A stretch of DNA of 64,000 nucleotides from an uncultured Acidobacteriota bacterium (GCA_963804995.1 CAWDSK010000003.1:160001-224000); one strand, 5' to 3'; positions 1-9,223 are shown, counted from the first letter of the stretch. Translations and numbers: made by a program. Notes: a model not told the origin generated them from the sequence alone.

Positions 1-216
1 GTGCTAAATGGATACCGCGTGGACCGCCTCCCCCGATAAAAGGATTGCCTTCTCCCACGTCACCCGTGGCTGTGTGGGCAGGAAGCCCTGACACGCACCG
101 CTGCTGGAGAGCCCATTGGCGCCGCAATCGGCAAAGAAGGTCGGTCGTGGTCCTGGAAGACGAATAGGAGAGCGGACAACAGGGACGGAGAGGGGTCCGC
201 GTCCTAGCTCAAGTGC

Positions 217-1746
217 TTACTCCACTCGGAATGCCAACAGGCCGGCATTTCTCAAGATGAATTTGAATCGCACCACTTGGCCACGCAGGTTGCTAAGATC
301 CGGATGTTGCGCCCAGGAGACGGTCCGTCGCGCGCTCTCTCCGCGCAAGGGGGCGCACTCCTCCGCCGTATAGCCAGGGATAGGCCGCTCGAATTCGTCC
401 AGCACCTCCACCCTCACATCGCCCTCCCCATCCTTGACTTTGCTGAAGAGGCCGGCCCAGGCCGGATCCACCTTCCCCGCCTTATCGCGAAACGTGTAAG
501 TTGCCGCGGTGACACTCAACGCCTTACCCTGCAGCCGCAGGGGCCGCGTCACCACGGTGCCCTCGGAGGTCGCGTTCAACGAGGTAATCTCGTCCTCAGG
601 CATCGACGCCGCCCCGATCTGCCCCACGCCATCGGCGTAAGTATCGACGAACTTGCCCATCGCCGCGTTATGCTTGACATCAAACCCCGAATAGAAGAAC
701 CAGAGCCGGCCGCCTTGGACAACCGGTGGCGCGACCGCCATAATCATCTCGCTGTCAAACGCCTTGCCGGCATAGTCGAGTTTCACAAACCCCAGGGGCA
801 TGAACACCCGGCGGTGGGCACTCCGCTCCCAGCGCCTCCCGTCCCGGCTGGAGACAAGTTGCATATCGATCTGCTGAACATAAGTGTGAAGCACCCAGAG
901 CAATCCCAGATACTGATCGCCGTAGGGGAAGGGGGACATCCCGTAAAATTCCGTGTCGGACTGGTCGCGATCATCCGGCTCGAGGATCAGTTCGTCATCC
1001 CGCCAGTTCACGAAATCGTCGCTCACCATCCGCGAAACTTTCCGCACGGGAAATATGGAGGGCTTGTGGTACATCCAGAACTGGCCTGTCGCCGGGTCCT
1101 GCATGACGCAAAACGTATCGCTGCTCGCGGCCATCGGCACCACCGGATTCGGCCGTATGCTCCACCGGACGCCATCCGCCGAAAACGCGACCCACACTCC
1201 CTCCTTCCCTTTAGCGAGCCAGTTCCAGTAAGCCAGTTTGTATCGCCGCGACGGATCCCTTTCGCGCCAGTCCTTGATGACGCTCATCGTCCAGGAGCAC
1301 TGTTTCAGGAGGATGTTATTCTTCTTCGAACCTCTGAACTCCACCAGGTTCAATTCCGGCCGAGTCCAGTGAATTCCGTCGGGTGAGGTGGCGTAGCAGA
1401 TGAACTCCTCGATGTCCGGCTGGCTGGTTGTGGGGAGGCTGTTGTACCACATCTTGAAGAGGTGTTCCTCCTGGTCGTACAACACCGTGCCCGGCTGCAG
1501 AACCAGGCTGCCTTCCCAATCCCGCTCGGGCTTCAGCACCGGATTCTCCGCGGCTCGCTCCGGGTTGTGGAGCGTCCATACCACGTTGTCCATGCGCTCG
1601 ATCAGCCGGTCGTCCACGAAGAATTGCGGGGCGGTGCCGAGTAGGATCGGCGCCGGCCCCTGGCTCTTGACGGTTTGCGGCAGCGCCAGCCTCCCTGCGA
1701 GACTACAGAAGAGTAAGAGCGTGCAAACGTGAGCTGACGTTTTCAT
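217..1746 (-). CDS. Exported glycoside-hydrolase-like (5-bladed beta-propeller, GH32/GH43-like) protein
   Basis: Start moved to ATG 1746 (GAGGAG SD upstream, signal peptide MKTSAHVCTLLLFCSLAG); ENPVL, YATSPDGIHW, SADGVRW, SRDGRRW Asp-box/propeller motifs. Confidence 0.65.
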   Translation of the reverse strand: MKTSAHVCTLLLFCSLAGRLALPQTVKSQGPAPILLGTAPQFFVDDRLIERMDNVVWTLHNPERAAENPVLKPERDWEGSLVLQPGTVLYDQEEHLFKMWYNSLPTTSQPDIEEFICYATSPDGIHWTRPELNLVEFRGSKKNNILLKQCSWTMSVIKDWRERDPSRRYKLAYWNWLAKGKEGVWVAFSADGVRWSIRPNPVVPMAASSDTFCVMQDPATGQFWMYHKPSIFPVRKVSRMVSDDFVNWRDDELILEPDDRDQSDTEFYGMSPFPYGDQYLGLLWVLHTYVQQIDMQLVSSRDGRRWERSAHRRVFMPLGFVKLDYAGKAFDSEMIMAVAPPVVQGGRLWFFYSGFDVKHNAAMGKFVDTYADGVGQIGAASMPEDEITSLNATSEGTVVTRPLRLQGKALSVTAATYTFRDKAGKVDPAWAGLFSKVKDGEGDVRVEVLDEFERPIPGYTAEECAPLRGESARRTVSWAQHPDLSNLRGQVVRFKFILRNAGLLAFRVE

Positions 1747-1887
1747 GTAACTCCTCTTATTCGACGGCGGGGGCGAGCCGCATCCAGAGGCGGAGGCTCG
1801 CGGCCCCGCATATTCAGTAAAGCCAGTCATGCAATGCCTGTGCCGAATTATACGCCCTGGCCGAGGCGGGCGAGTGACGCAGTCGGA

Positions 1888-1916
1888 TTGAGTTATACAC
1901 GAGATTCGTGTACACT
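1888..1916 (+). promoter_or_regulatory. Sigma70 promoter with operator palindrome for TA operon 1
   Basis: TTGAGT-N17-TACACT; palindrome TACACGA-GAT-TCGTGTA at 1896-1912; ATG only 8 nt after the -10 element, no SD. Confidence 0.65.
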
Positions 1917-1924
1917 CAGTTCGT

Positions 1925-2143
1925 ATGAAAAACATCACCCTCAGTGCGGATGAAGACCTGATTGAGCAGGCGCGGCTTATTGCCCACGCTCAACGCGAGA
2001 CTCTCAATGCGGCGTTCCGCAAGTGGCTTTTGCAGTATACGGCGCAGGGGGGGAGTGTGCGTGAGGTGGAATCCTTGATGAAACGCTTACGCCATGTCAA
2101 GGCGGGCCGCCACTTTACGCGGGATGAGATGAATGAACGATAG
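1925..2143 (+). CDS. Antitoxin (RHH-like, MKNITLSADE type)
   Basis: 72 aa, overlaps the downstream PIN toxin gene. Confidence 0.8.
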   Translation: MKNITLSADEDLIEQARLIAHAQRETLNAAFRKWLLQYTAQGGSVREVESLMKRLRHVKAGRHFTRDEMNER

Positions 2144-2555
2144 GTTCTTCCTTGACACCAACATCTTTGTTTACTGCTTTGACCGAACCGCGCCTGCGAA
2201 AGCCCGCCGCGCCTTGCAATTGATCCGCACCGCGGTGGAAACCCGCAAGGGTATCATCAGCTACCAGGTCGTTCAAGAGTTCTTCAACGTCGCGCTGCGG
2301 CGGTTTGTGCAACCGATGACCATCGCTGACGCAGAACAGTACCTGTCCACGGTTTTTCGCCCTTTATTGGCCATCCATTCTTCCCCGGCCCTTTACGGAG
2401 ATGCCCTCCGCCTCAGCGCCCAGCTCCGGTCTTCCTGGTACGATTCGCTCATCGTTGCTGCGGCCATCCAAGGTCAATGCACTATCCTGTACAGTGAAGA
2501 CCTCCAATCTGGCCAACGCATCGGGGATCTGGAGATCAAGAATCCTTTCTTGTAA
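2133..2555 (+). CDS. vapC: PIN-domain toxin
   Basis: FLDTNIFVY, QVVQEF, YDSLIVAAA, LYSED motifs. Confidence 0.9.
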   Translation: MNDRFFLDTNIFVYCFDRTAPAKARRALQLIRTAVETRKGIISYQVVQEFFNVALRRFVQPMTIADAEQYLSTVFRPLLAIHSSPALYGDALRLSAQLRSSWYDSLIVAAAIQGQCTILYSEDLQSGQRIGDLEIKNPFL

Positions 2556-2693
2556 GCCCGAAGTGCTTCCCACCACCCGTCCCTTTGGCCGAGCATTCTT
2601 CCCTATTGTACCAAGCAGGGGGAAAGGCCGCCGCTACAGCAACTGACCCGCTACCGACGTTCCGCGACCAGGAAATTCGCCGACGCGGAAGTC

Positions 2694-2816
2694 TTAGGGC
2701 GCGACCCAGGTGACCCGCGGCCGGCCGCTGGAGGGATTCTTATCAACGAGGACGGGGGTGCGGAAGGCCTTGCTCAACAAATCCGCCTGGAAAACGTCCT
2801 CCGGCTTTCCCTGGCG
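2694..2816 (-). repeat. Diverged direct-repeat copy of the btuD 3' end (3592-3714)
   Basis: 123 bp, 114 identical; encodes the same 40 aa plus stop. Confidence 0.95.
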
Positions 2817-2828
2817 AGGGACCCGAAT

Positions 2829-3239
2829 TTACTTAGACCAATCCTCCCAGGACAGACCCTTGACTCTCGCAAACTCCTTAACATTTGCGGTCACCAAGGT
2901 AAAATTGCGCTGCAGCGCCTGGCCTGCAATCAGCAAATCATACGCCCCAATCGGGTTGCCACGAACCTCCAATGCCGCCCGAATCGCGCCCGCCGACTGG
3001 GCGTCCTCGTCGTCAAAAGCCAGGAGAGCAACGGGGGCGGCGATGAATGCTCGGAGGCGCTGGCGGTTGGCTTCCGGCTGCGAACTTTTGCTAACACCAT
3101 ACCAGAGCTCGAAAGCCACGATCGAAGAGACGAATACTTTGCCACCCGCAGCGACGGCCGTTCGGAATCGGGTGCGGACGGAGGCAGGCTCGCCCTTGAT
3201 CAGCGCGATGCAGGCGTTCGTGTCGAGAAGAAAGTTCAC
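2829..3239 (-). CDS. vapC: PIN-domain toxin
   Basis: LLDTNACI, FELWYG, IGAYDLLIAGQA, LVTANVKEF; GTG start overlaps the vapB stop. Confidence 0.9.
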   Translation of the reverse strand: MNFLLDTNACIALIKGEPASVRTRFRTAVAAGGKVFVSSIVAFELWYGVSKSSQPEANRQRLRAFIAAPVALLAFDDEDAQSAGAIRAALEVRGNPIGAYDLLIAGQALQRNFTLVTANVKEFARVKGLSWEDWSK

Positions 3240-3481
3240 TTGAAGATCTCGCGGCGCGGGGTCCGGGGCTGCTTTCGCCCCTTTTCCATGAAAGGCACGG
3301 CAGCCCATCGGTCCAATTCTTCAAACCACTTGTCGGGGTCGGCTACGAACGGCTCCAGAAGAACCCCCCCTGGAACCCGCCGCACCCGCACCCGGTCCCC
3401 CTCAAAGCGGAACTCCTGGGGAAGCCGAACAGCCTGGCTTCGTCCATTGCGAAACAGCTTGGCGACTCCCGTTTTGGCCAT
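3236..3481 (-). CDS. vapB: AbrB/MazE-type antitoxin
   Basis: AKLFRNGRSQAVRLPQEFRF signature. Confidence 0.92.
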   Translation of the reverse strand: MAKTGVAKLFRNGRSQAVRLPQEFRFEGDRVRVRRVPGGVLLEPFVADPDKWFEELDRWAAVPFMEKGRKQPRTPRREIFK

Positions 3482-3501
3482 GGTATTTTCCCTTCCGACT
3501 G

Positions 3502-3530
3502 AGTATAGATCACTAGACTATACCCGGCAA
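3502..3530 (-). promoter_or_regulatory. Sigma70 promoter and operator of vapBC
   Basis: TTGCCG-N17-TATACT on the minus strand; GTATAG-N9-CTATAC palindrome at 3503-3523. Confidence 0.7.
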
Positions 3531-3591
3531 GGGGAAAGACCGCCCCTCGGCCCGGCATTCTGCAACCATGAGAGGGGCCGACGAGCAAGTC

Positions 3592-4404
3592 TTACGGCGC
3601 GACCCAGGTCACTCGGGGGCGGCCGCTGGAGGGATTCTTGTCGACGAGTACGGGGGTGCGGAAGGCCTTGCTCAGCAAATCCGCCTGGAAAACGTCCTCC
3701 GGCTTTCCCTGGCGGAGACAATCTCCCTCATGCAATAGCGCAACGTAATCCGCCATTTCCGCCGCCAGATTGAGTTCATGAGTCACGACGACGCCCACAA
3801 AGTTTTCAGAAGCGGCAAGCCGGCGAAGCAGACGGAACATCTCCACCTGATAACCGATGTCCAGATTCGCGGTGGGCTCGTCCAGCAGGACCAGGCGCGG
3901 CCGTTGCGCCAGCGTCCGGGCCAGGACGGCGCGCTGGAACTCTCCGCTGCTCATTTCCATCACCCGTCGCCGCGCGAATTCCTGCAAGCAGGTCTTTTCG
4001 ATTGCCCACTCAACCCAGCGTTCGTCTTCCGGGCTCTCAAACAAGCTGTTGCCCAGATGCGGGTGCCGCCCTTGACGAACGAACTCTCGCACTTCAAACG
4101 AGAAGAGCAGAATCGTCTCCTGCCGCGCCAGCCCCACTCTTCGGGCGCGCTCCCGCGGGACGAGACTGTGCAGGTTCTGGCCGTCGAGATAAACACCGCC
4201 CGCCCGGGGCTTCAGGTGTCCACTGAGGATCTCAAGCAGCGTGGACTTCCCTGACCCGTTGGGCCCAAGAATGGCGGTAAGTTGGCCCGCGCGAGCCTGG
4301 AAACTGACAGGAGCCAGCGCAAAGTGCGGGTAGCGGAAGGTCACGGAATCGACAATCAGCTCCGCCGGCGTGTTTGCCACGATTTGTGCTGTGGGGCTCG
4401 TCAT
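3592..4404 (-). CDS. btuD: Cobalamin/iron-chelate ABC transporter ATPase
   Basis: GPNGSGKS, MSSGEFQR, LLDEPT, THELN; last gene of a B12-riboswitch operon. Confidence 0.85.
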   Translation of the reverse strand: MTSPTAQIVANTPAELIVDSVTFRYPHFALAPVSFQARAGQLTAILGPNGSGKSTLLEILSGHLKPRAGGVYLDGQNLHSLVPRERARRVGLARQETILLFSFEVREFVRQGRHPHLGNSLFESPEDERWVEWAIEKTCLQEFARRRVMEMSSGEFQRAVLARTLAQRPRLVLLDEPTANLDIGYQVEMFRLLRRLAASENFVGVVVTHELNLAAEMADYVALLHEGDCLRQGKPEDVFQADLLSKAFRTPVLVDKNPSSGRPRVTWVAP

Positions 4405-4431
4405 ACCCAATCGGTGTCAGGTACCGGAAAA

Positions 4432-4632
4432 AACGAAACTCGCGTTGCAAGGAAAAACGAAATTCGAAAATCGAAATTCGAAACTCGCCGCATCAGGAAA
4501 GAACGAAACTCGAAAATCGAAACTCGCGGCGTTGGGAAGCGGCGGAACTCGAAAGTTGAAATTAGAAACTCGCAACGATTTTCGAGTTTCCGTCTTTCCC
4601 TTTTGCCTTTTGCCTTTTGCCTTTTGCCTTGC
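4432..4632. repeat. Heptamer tandem-repeat block (CGAAAHT)n and (CTTTTGC)n
   Basis: 7-bp periodic units between btuC and btuD. Confidence 0.85.
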
Positions 4633-4643
4633 TCTTCCCCCCT

Positions 4644-5645
4644 TCACCCCGTAGTCCGTCGCAGCAGATAGATAAAAACGGGCGCTCCCGCCACCGCCGT
4701 CACCGCGCCCACCGGCAGCTCTGCGGGCGCCACCACGGTCCGCGCCAAGGTATCGCAGAGCACCAGCATGATGGCGCCGCCAAATGCCGCCGTGGGGATG
4801 AGGGTTCGATGATCGTTTCCCACCAGCATGCGCCCCAGGTGGGGCACTAGTAATCCGAGGTATCCGATGGCTCCGCTGACCGACACCGCCAACCCCGTAA
4901 GCAGTGACGCGAGCAGGTAAACCGCCGTTTCAACCCGGGCGACGTTTACTCCCAGGTGAGCAGCTTCCTCCTCACCCAACAGCAGAACATTGAGGTCTTT
5001 TGAAAACGCGTAAAGCACCACGATGGCGATGAGGATGGTGGGAACCAGGAAACGGATTTGCACGTCCGTGACCACGCTCAGGTCCCCCATCAGCCAGAAC
5101 GCCGTGCCGCGCACGTCGCGCGTGGAAAGCAGCGTCAGGACGAAGAGAATCACGGCAGAAAGGAAGGAAGCGGTCACCACTCCCGCCAGGAGCAGCGTGT
5201 AACTTGAGAGACGCCCCGCGCGCCGTCCCAACAAGTAAACCCAGGACATGGTAAGGACGGCGCCTGCAAATGCGGTAAGCGGTGACAGGGCGGCCACGCG
5301 TCCGCCCACATAAAGAGCGACGATGGCGCCCAGCGCTGCGCCGCTTGAAATCCCCAACACGTAAGGATCGGCCAGGGGATTGCGCAGCAGAGCTTGCAGG
5401 CCGGTTCCGGAAACCGCCAGGGCCGCACCCACCAGCATGGCCAGAATGATGCGCGGAAGGCGGATCTGGCGAACAATCACACTGGCCTCCGAGGCCGATG
5501 AACGTCCCAGCAAACCTGACCAAACTTCACCAAGGGAAAGGTGAACTCCGCCCAGTGCCAGCGACAACAAATCCACCAGGATCAGCGCCGCAGCCAACGC
5601 GAGCAGCAGTTGTCCCACATTTTTCCGCGTAGCAGGCAGGGTCAT
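4644..5645 (-). CDS. btuC: Cobalamin ABC transporter permease (FecCD family)
   Basis: IRLPRI, LRNPLADPYVLGISSGA, GEEEAAHLGV, GLLVPH. Confidence 0.9.
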   Translation of the reverse strand: MTLPATRKNVGQLLLALAAALILVDLLSLALGGVHLSLGEVWSGLLGRSSASEASVIVRQIRLPRIILAMLVGAALAVSGTGLQALLRNPLADPYVLGISSGAALGAIVALYVGGRVAALSPLTAFAGAVLTMSWVYLLGRRAGRLSSYTLLLAGVVTASFLSAVILFVLTLLSTRDVRGTAFWLMGDLSVVTDVQIRFLVPTILIAIVVLYAFSKDLNVLLLGEEEAAHLGVNVARVETAVYLLASLLTGLAVSVSGAIGYLGLLVPHLGRMLVGNDHRTLIPTAAFGGAIMLVLCDTLARTVVAPAELPVGAVTAVAGAPVFIYLLRRTTG

Positions 5646-6595
5646 GGCAATTTCTTTGTGGCGGGGTGCAGAATCCCGGCCAGATTTTCCAGCGCGTCAA
5701 TCAATCGAGGACAGGGCCGCATGATGGTCTCTGAAACAAAGTAGACTCGCTGATTTTTGACGGCGGGCATATCCCTCCACCCCGGCAGGTTTTGAAATTC
5801 ATCGAGACCGGGCGCGAAGGCTTCGGTCTGAGGAAAAAGAATGACGTCCGGATTGCGCTTCAGAACTTCCTCCAGACTCAGGTGCGGCCATTCACCCCTC
5901 AGATCATTGCTGATTGAAATGCCTCCGGCGCGAAGGATGACATCGGCAATGAAGGTCTGGCTTCCCGCCGTGATGAGGGGGCGATACCAAACCGCGAATA
6001 GCACTTTGGGCTTCGGCTGGCCTTCGACCCGCTTTTCAATAGCCGCCGCTCTCTCCCTGAGGCGAGCAACCAGCTCTTGAGTTTGTTGCTGCGCCCCCAG
6101 AATGTTTCCCAAGTCCGCGAGGGATTGGATGGTTCCATCGACCGTATGGGCAGTCACTCCGTAAAGCGGAATGCCGAGGCTCGCGAGTTGGTCCGCGGTC
6201 TCCCGCCGGTTGGCTTCATCGGTGCCCAAGACGAGGTCGGGTTTCAGCGCTACGATTCTTTCCAGACTGGGATTGATCATCGCGCCCACGTGCGGCTTGG
6301 AGCGAGCCTCCTCAGGGTAGTCACAATAATCCGTATCCCCCACCAGCCGGTCGGCGAGCCCCAAGGCGTAAAGCGTCTCGGTAATGCTGGGCGCAAGAGA
6401 AATAATGCGCTGCGGATGGTCAGGAACGTTGACGTGCCGGCCGGTCTGGTCAATCACCTCGCGCGCTGGGGCCAGCCGCACTGACAGGAGGATTGCGAAG
6501 GCAAAGACCCACAGGGGTCGCACGAATCCGCGGTGTTGGCACGGCGAGCCCGGCAATCCGTATTCATGAAAGCTTCCGATCACAACCCGGCGCAT
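5642..6595 (-). CDS. btuF: Cobalamin-binding periplasmic protein
   Basis: RIISLAPSITETLYALG, YCDYP, ERIVALKPDL, RPCPR; start at ATG 6595 (GGAG upstream) or GTG 6523. Confidence 0.85.
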   Translation of the reverse strand: MRRVVIGSFHEYGLPGSPCQHRGFVRPLWVFAFAILLSVRLAPAREVIDQTGRHVNVPDHPQRIISLAPSITETLYALGLADRLVGDTDYCDYPEEARSKPHVGAMINPSLERIVALKPDLVLGTDEANRRETADQLASLGIPLYGVTAHTVDGTIQSLADLGNILGAQQQTQELVARLRERAAAIEKRVEGQPKPKVLFAVWYRPLITAGSQTFIADVILRAGGISISNDLRGEWPHLSLEEVLKRNPDVILFPQTEAFAPGLDEFQNLPGWRDMPAVKNQRVYFVSETIMRPCPRLIDALENLAGILHPATKKLP

Positions 6596-6611
6596 CCCGT
6601 CAAACTCCACA

Positions 6612-6649
6612 ATAAAAAAGCTCCGCACACTCTTGAGAAGGGCGGAGCT
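6612..6649 (-). terminator. Intrinsic terminator in the btu leader (probable riboswitch expression platform)
   Basis: AGCTCCGC...GCGGAGCT stem followed by a T run on the minus strand. Confidence 0.7.
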
Positions 6650-6724
6650 GGCTCCTCCCACTCTTTCTCGCGAAGAGTGTGCGGCGGGAACGATCATCGC
6701 GAAAACGCGACGCATCCCGATGAA

Positions 6725-6935
6725 CCCAGGCAGGTCTCCTGACTCGCGGCGTAGTAACGGCCCTGCAACGCCTTCCCACCCAATTCCAGCTTCTGCTGAC
6801 TTGAGCAGTGGCTTCGTCCGGCAAACCCTCCGCCGGTCGAACCCGCAGGGCCCACCGCTTACAGTGGCGGGACCGTGGCCGATTTGCACGGCCTTCCCTC
6901 TTGTTCCTCGCCGGCAGCGAGAACCTGGGTCTGTG
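6725..6935 (-). promoter_or_regulatory. Cobalamin riboswitch
   Basis: GGTTC...AGGGAA..CGTGCAAATC..CGGTCCCGCCACTGTAA...GCCACTG...GGGAAGG...AGTCAGGAGACCTGCC (B12 box) upstream of btuF. Confidence 0.95.
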
Positions 6936-7068
6936 CTGCAAAACCGCATTTCGAGCCATTCCAGCGCCCTGCGCAAGCGGCGGCATGCTGACTCGAAGCG
7001 GGTCATCAGTCTAAGGCGCGAGATTTTGTTTGTCAAACCTCTACGCCTCGTCAACAATAGGCAGTGCC

Positions 7069-8034
7069 ATGCGACGCTGCATCCTAGCTGCCATTCTGAT
7101 ATCACTCATGGGCGTTTCCCTGCCCCTCCCTGCCAGCGCTCAAGAGGTCAAATTGCCACCGGGGGTCGGATGGATCTATTTGCAAACCGGGTCCCGCACC
7201 ATGGTTCCCGGGTCCGGCTCACTGAAAGGCAAAACAGTTAAGATCGGCCAGGGAAGCCTTGTCCCTGTGTTCAACACCAGGACGAAGGATGGAGTCAAGT
7301 CAGCTCTCGTCCGAATCTTCGATCTGGGCACGGCCAATCTGCAGGTTGGATGGGTGGAGGTGGCGCAAACTGACGTCCTGCCGCTGGATTCCTACCCGAC
7401 CGACTCTGACTTGCTGCGACAACTCGGCGAACCCTATTTGGATGATTTCACGGCTGCGCACACGCACTTGGCAAGATTCCTGCTCCGGCAAGGTCCGAAC
7501 CCGCCGATCCTACTTTGCTACGTGTACGCGAACCCGTTGCCCGTGGCGAAACTCGTAGCTTTTACGCCCAGCCAGGGAAAATTCCTTCTCAGCGCTTCAC
7601 TCGACTACTCCATCAGTAATTTTAAGGCGGGGATAATCCTGATGGATATCCGCGATCTCCTGGGTGATGGGGAAGAATGTTTAATCACCCACGAACCCTT
7701 TCAGGAGGGGCCCGACTCCACGGGTACGAACGTGGTCATCAGGAGGATTGAAGGAAACAAGTTTCAGACCCTCTGGCAGGCGCCCATGGGATATCGAAAC
7801 TTCTCGGTATTTACCTCAAAGATACAAATTCTTCAACCCCCGGAAAAGAACATCGGAGCGCCCGGCACGGTGACCGCCGGCGATGTCACATTCCGCCCCC
7901 AGGGAAAGGGGCAGGCGCCGGTCTGGAAAGGCAAGGTCGAGTTTTTCGCCTTCGGCCGCGAAAAACCTGTCGATTCGGTGTCTATCGAAAAAATGTGCCC
8001 CTGGGACGGAAAACAGTTTACGCCGTTGCGGTGA
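7069..8034 (+). CDS. Exported hypothetical protein
   Basis: Signal peptide MRRCILAAILISLMGVSLPLPASA; long ORF. Confidence 0.7.
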   Translation: MRRCILAAILISLMGVSLPLPASAQEVKLPPGVGWIYLQTGSRTMVPGSGSLKGKTVKIGQGSLVPVFNTRTKDGVKSALVRIFDLGTANLQVGWVEVAQTDVLPLDSYPTDSDLLRQLGEPYLDDFTAAHTHLARFLLRQGPNPPILLCYVYANPLPVAKLVAFTPSQGKFLLSASLDYSISNFKAGIILMDIRDLLGDGEECLITHEPFQEGPDSTGTNVVIRRIEGNKFQTLWQAPMGYRNFSVFTSKIQILQPPEKNIGAPGTVTAGDVTFRPQGKGQAPVWKGKVEFFAFGREKPVDSVSIEKMCPWDGKQFTPLR

Positions 8035-8153
8035 GGGTCAGGCGCGTGAAATTTGTGGGATATCTGAATTATAATCTGGCGCGCTGGCGATTGCCGCTGA
8101 CCCTCAGGGCGCGCCGCTGAGAAGGTTGAAGTCATCGCGCCCGGAGCCTTCCC

Positions 8154-8801
8154 ATGGAGGAAAACCTACTACCGCTGTTTCCCCTTGAACTCGTACTCCT
8201 TCCCGAAGAACCCCTGCCGCTTCACATTTTTGAAGAACGCTACAAAACGCTGATTGGCGAATGCCTGGAGGCGAAGGCTACGGGAAAAGGCCAACAGGAA
8301 TTCGGAATCGTCCTCCTGCGGGGCCAGGAGTTGAGCAGCGTCGGCTGCACCGCGCGTATCGTCAACCTCACACGCAAATATGAAGACGGGCGTATGGACA
8401 TACTCACCATCGGCAAACAGCGCTTTGAGATTCTGCTGACCAATGAGGAAGCACCCTACCTGCGAGGCGCCGTGGATTATTTCAGCGACAACGAAGGGAA
8501 AGATGCGCCTGACGATGCGGAGGCGGATCAGGCCATCGAGCGCTTTCGGGAAGTCATTAGAAAATTGCGCCATGCCTCCGAGATGCCCATCCATCTGCCT
8601 CGCCCCTACCGCTATCTATCCTTCCGCCTGGCGGCCTCACTCCCCCTCGAGGTTGAATTCAAGCAGCAACTACTCTCCCTTCGCAACGAGCCCGAGCGTC
8701 TCAACCTTGTGGTCAGCGCCATGGATATGCTGATGAATCAGCTTGAGCGCGTACAGAAGGCACAAAAAAAGGCGGGCGGGAATGGGAACGTCCACCCCTG
8801 A
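8154..8801 (+). CDS. Lon protease N-terminal substrate-binding domain protein
   Basis: LPLFPLELVLLP, LHIFEERY, GCTARI, KQQLL. Confidence 0.88.
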   Translation: MEENLLPLFPLELVLLPEEPLPLHIFEERYKTLIGECLEAKATGKGQQEFGIVLLRGQELSSVGCTARIVNLTRKYEDGRMDILTIGKQRFEILLTNEEAPYLRGAVDYFSDNEGKDAPDDAEADQAIERFREVIRKLRHASEMPIHLPRPYRYLSFRLAASLPLEVEFKQQLLSLRNEPERLNLVVSAMDMLMNQLERVQKAQKKAGGNGNVHP

Positions 8802-8859
8802 CTTGCTGGCTCTCCAAAGAGGCGTTGAGAATTAATCCCGCGCCCCTACCCGTTCATTG

Positions 8860-9169
8860 GGTAGTGTCCTAGTTTGGAAAAAAGCCCCAAGTGACCCCTC
8901 ACCCGTCCCGCCCCGGCTGATGAAAACGCCGGCTGCGGTCCACCCTCTCCCCTCGGAGAGGGCGGTTGCTCAAGGTAAGGTGCGGCCCCGTAGCCACCCT
9001 GAGATCATAGCCTTCTCCCTAGGGGTCGCAGATCCGCCGTGGCGGAAGAAGGTGGCTGACGTAGGAGGCCAGATGAGGGGTTACTTACACCCGCAGGGCG
9101 TCGAAACAATTTGCAACTTATAAATTCAAAAACCATTAGCCCGGCGCTACGTCAAACTAGGACACTACC
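8860..9169. mobile_element. MITE, 310 bp, with 17-bp TIR and 8-bp TSD
   Basis: GGTAGTGTCCTAGTTTG (8860-8876) and CAAACTAGGACACTACC (9153-9169), flanked by GTTCATTG at 8852-8859 and 9170-9177. Confidence 0.9.
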
Positions 9170-9174
9170 GTTCA

Positions 9175-9203
9175 TTGAGTTAGCTTGCGGCCTGCCTTAT
9201 AAT
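9175..9203 (+). promoter_or_regulatory. Sigma70 promoter of the AAA/VWA/redoxin operon
   Basis: TTGAGT-N17-TATAAT, 20 nt before the ATG. Confidence 0.75.
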
Positions 9204-9223
9204 GAAGGTGGGGCTAAGGGCAA

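Noticed and set aside
277..1386. Long antisense ORFs (also 13336-14571, 46321-47529, 52979-54379)
   Set aside because: Shadow ORFs opposite well-supported genes in GC-rich DNA, with no motifs
4282..4671. Several short ORFs with NSKFE/FCLLP repeats
   Set aside because: They are translations of heptamer repeats
6596..7105. N-terminal extension of the 487-aa btuF ORF
   Set aside because: It runs through the cobalamin riboswitch and terminator; the real start is downstream
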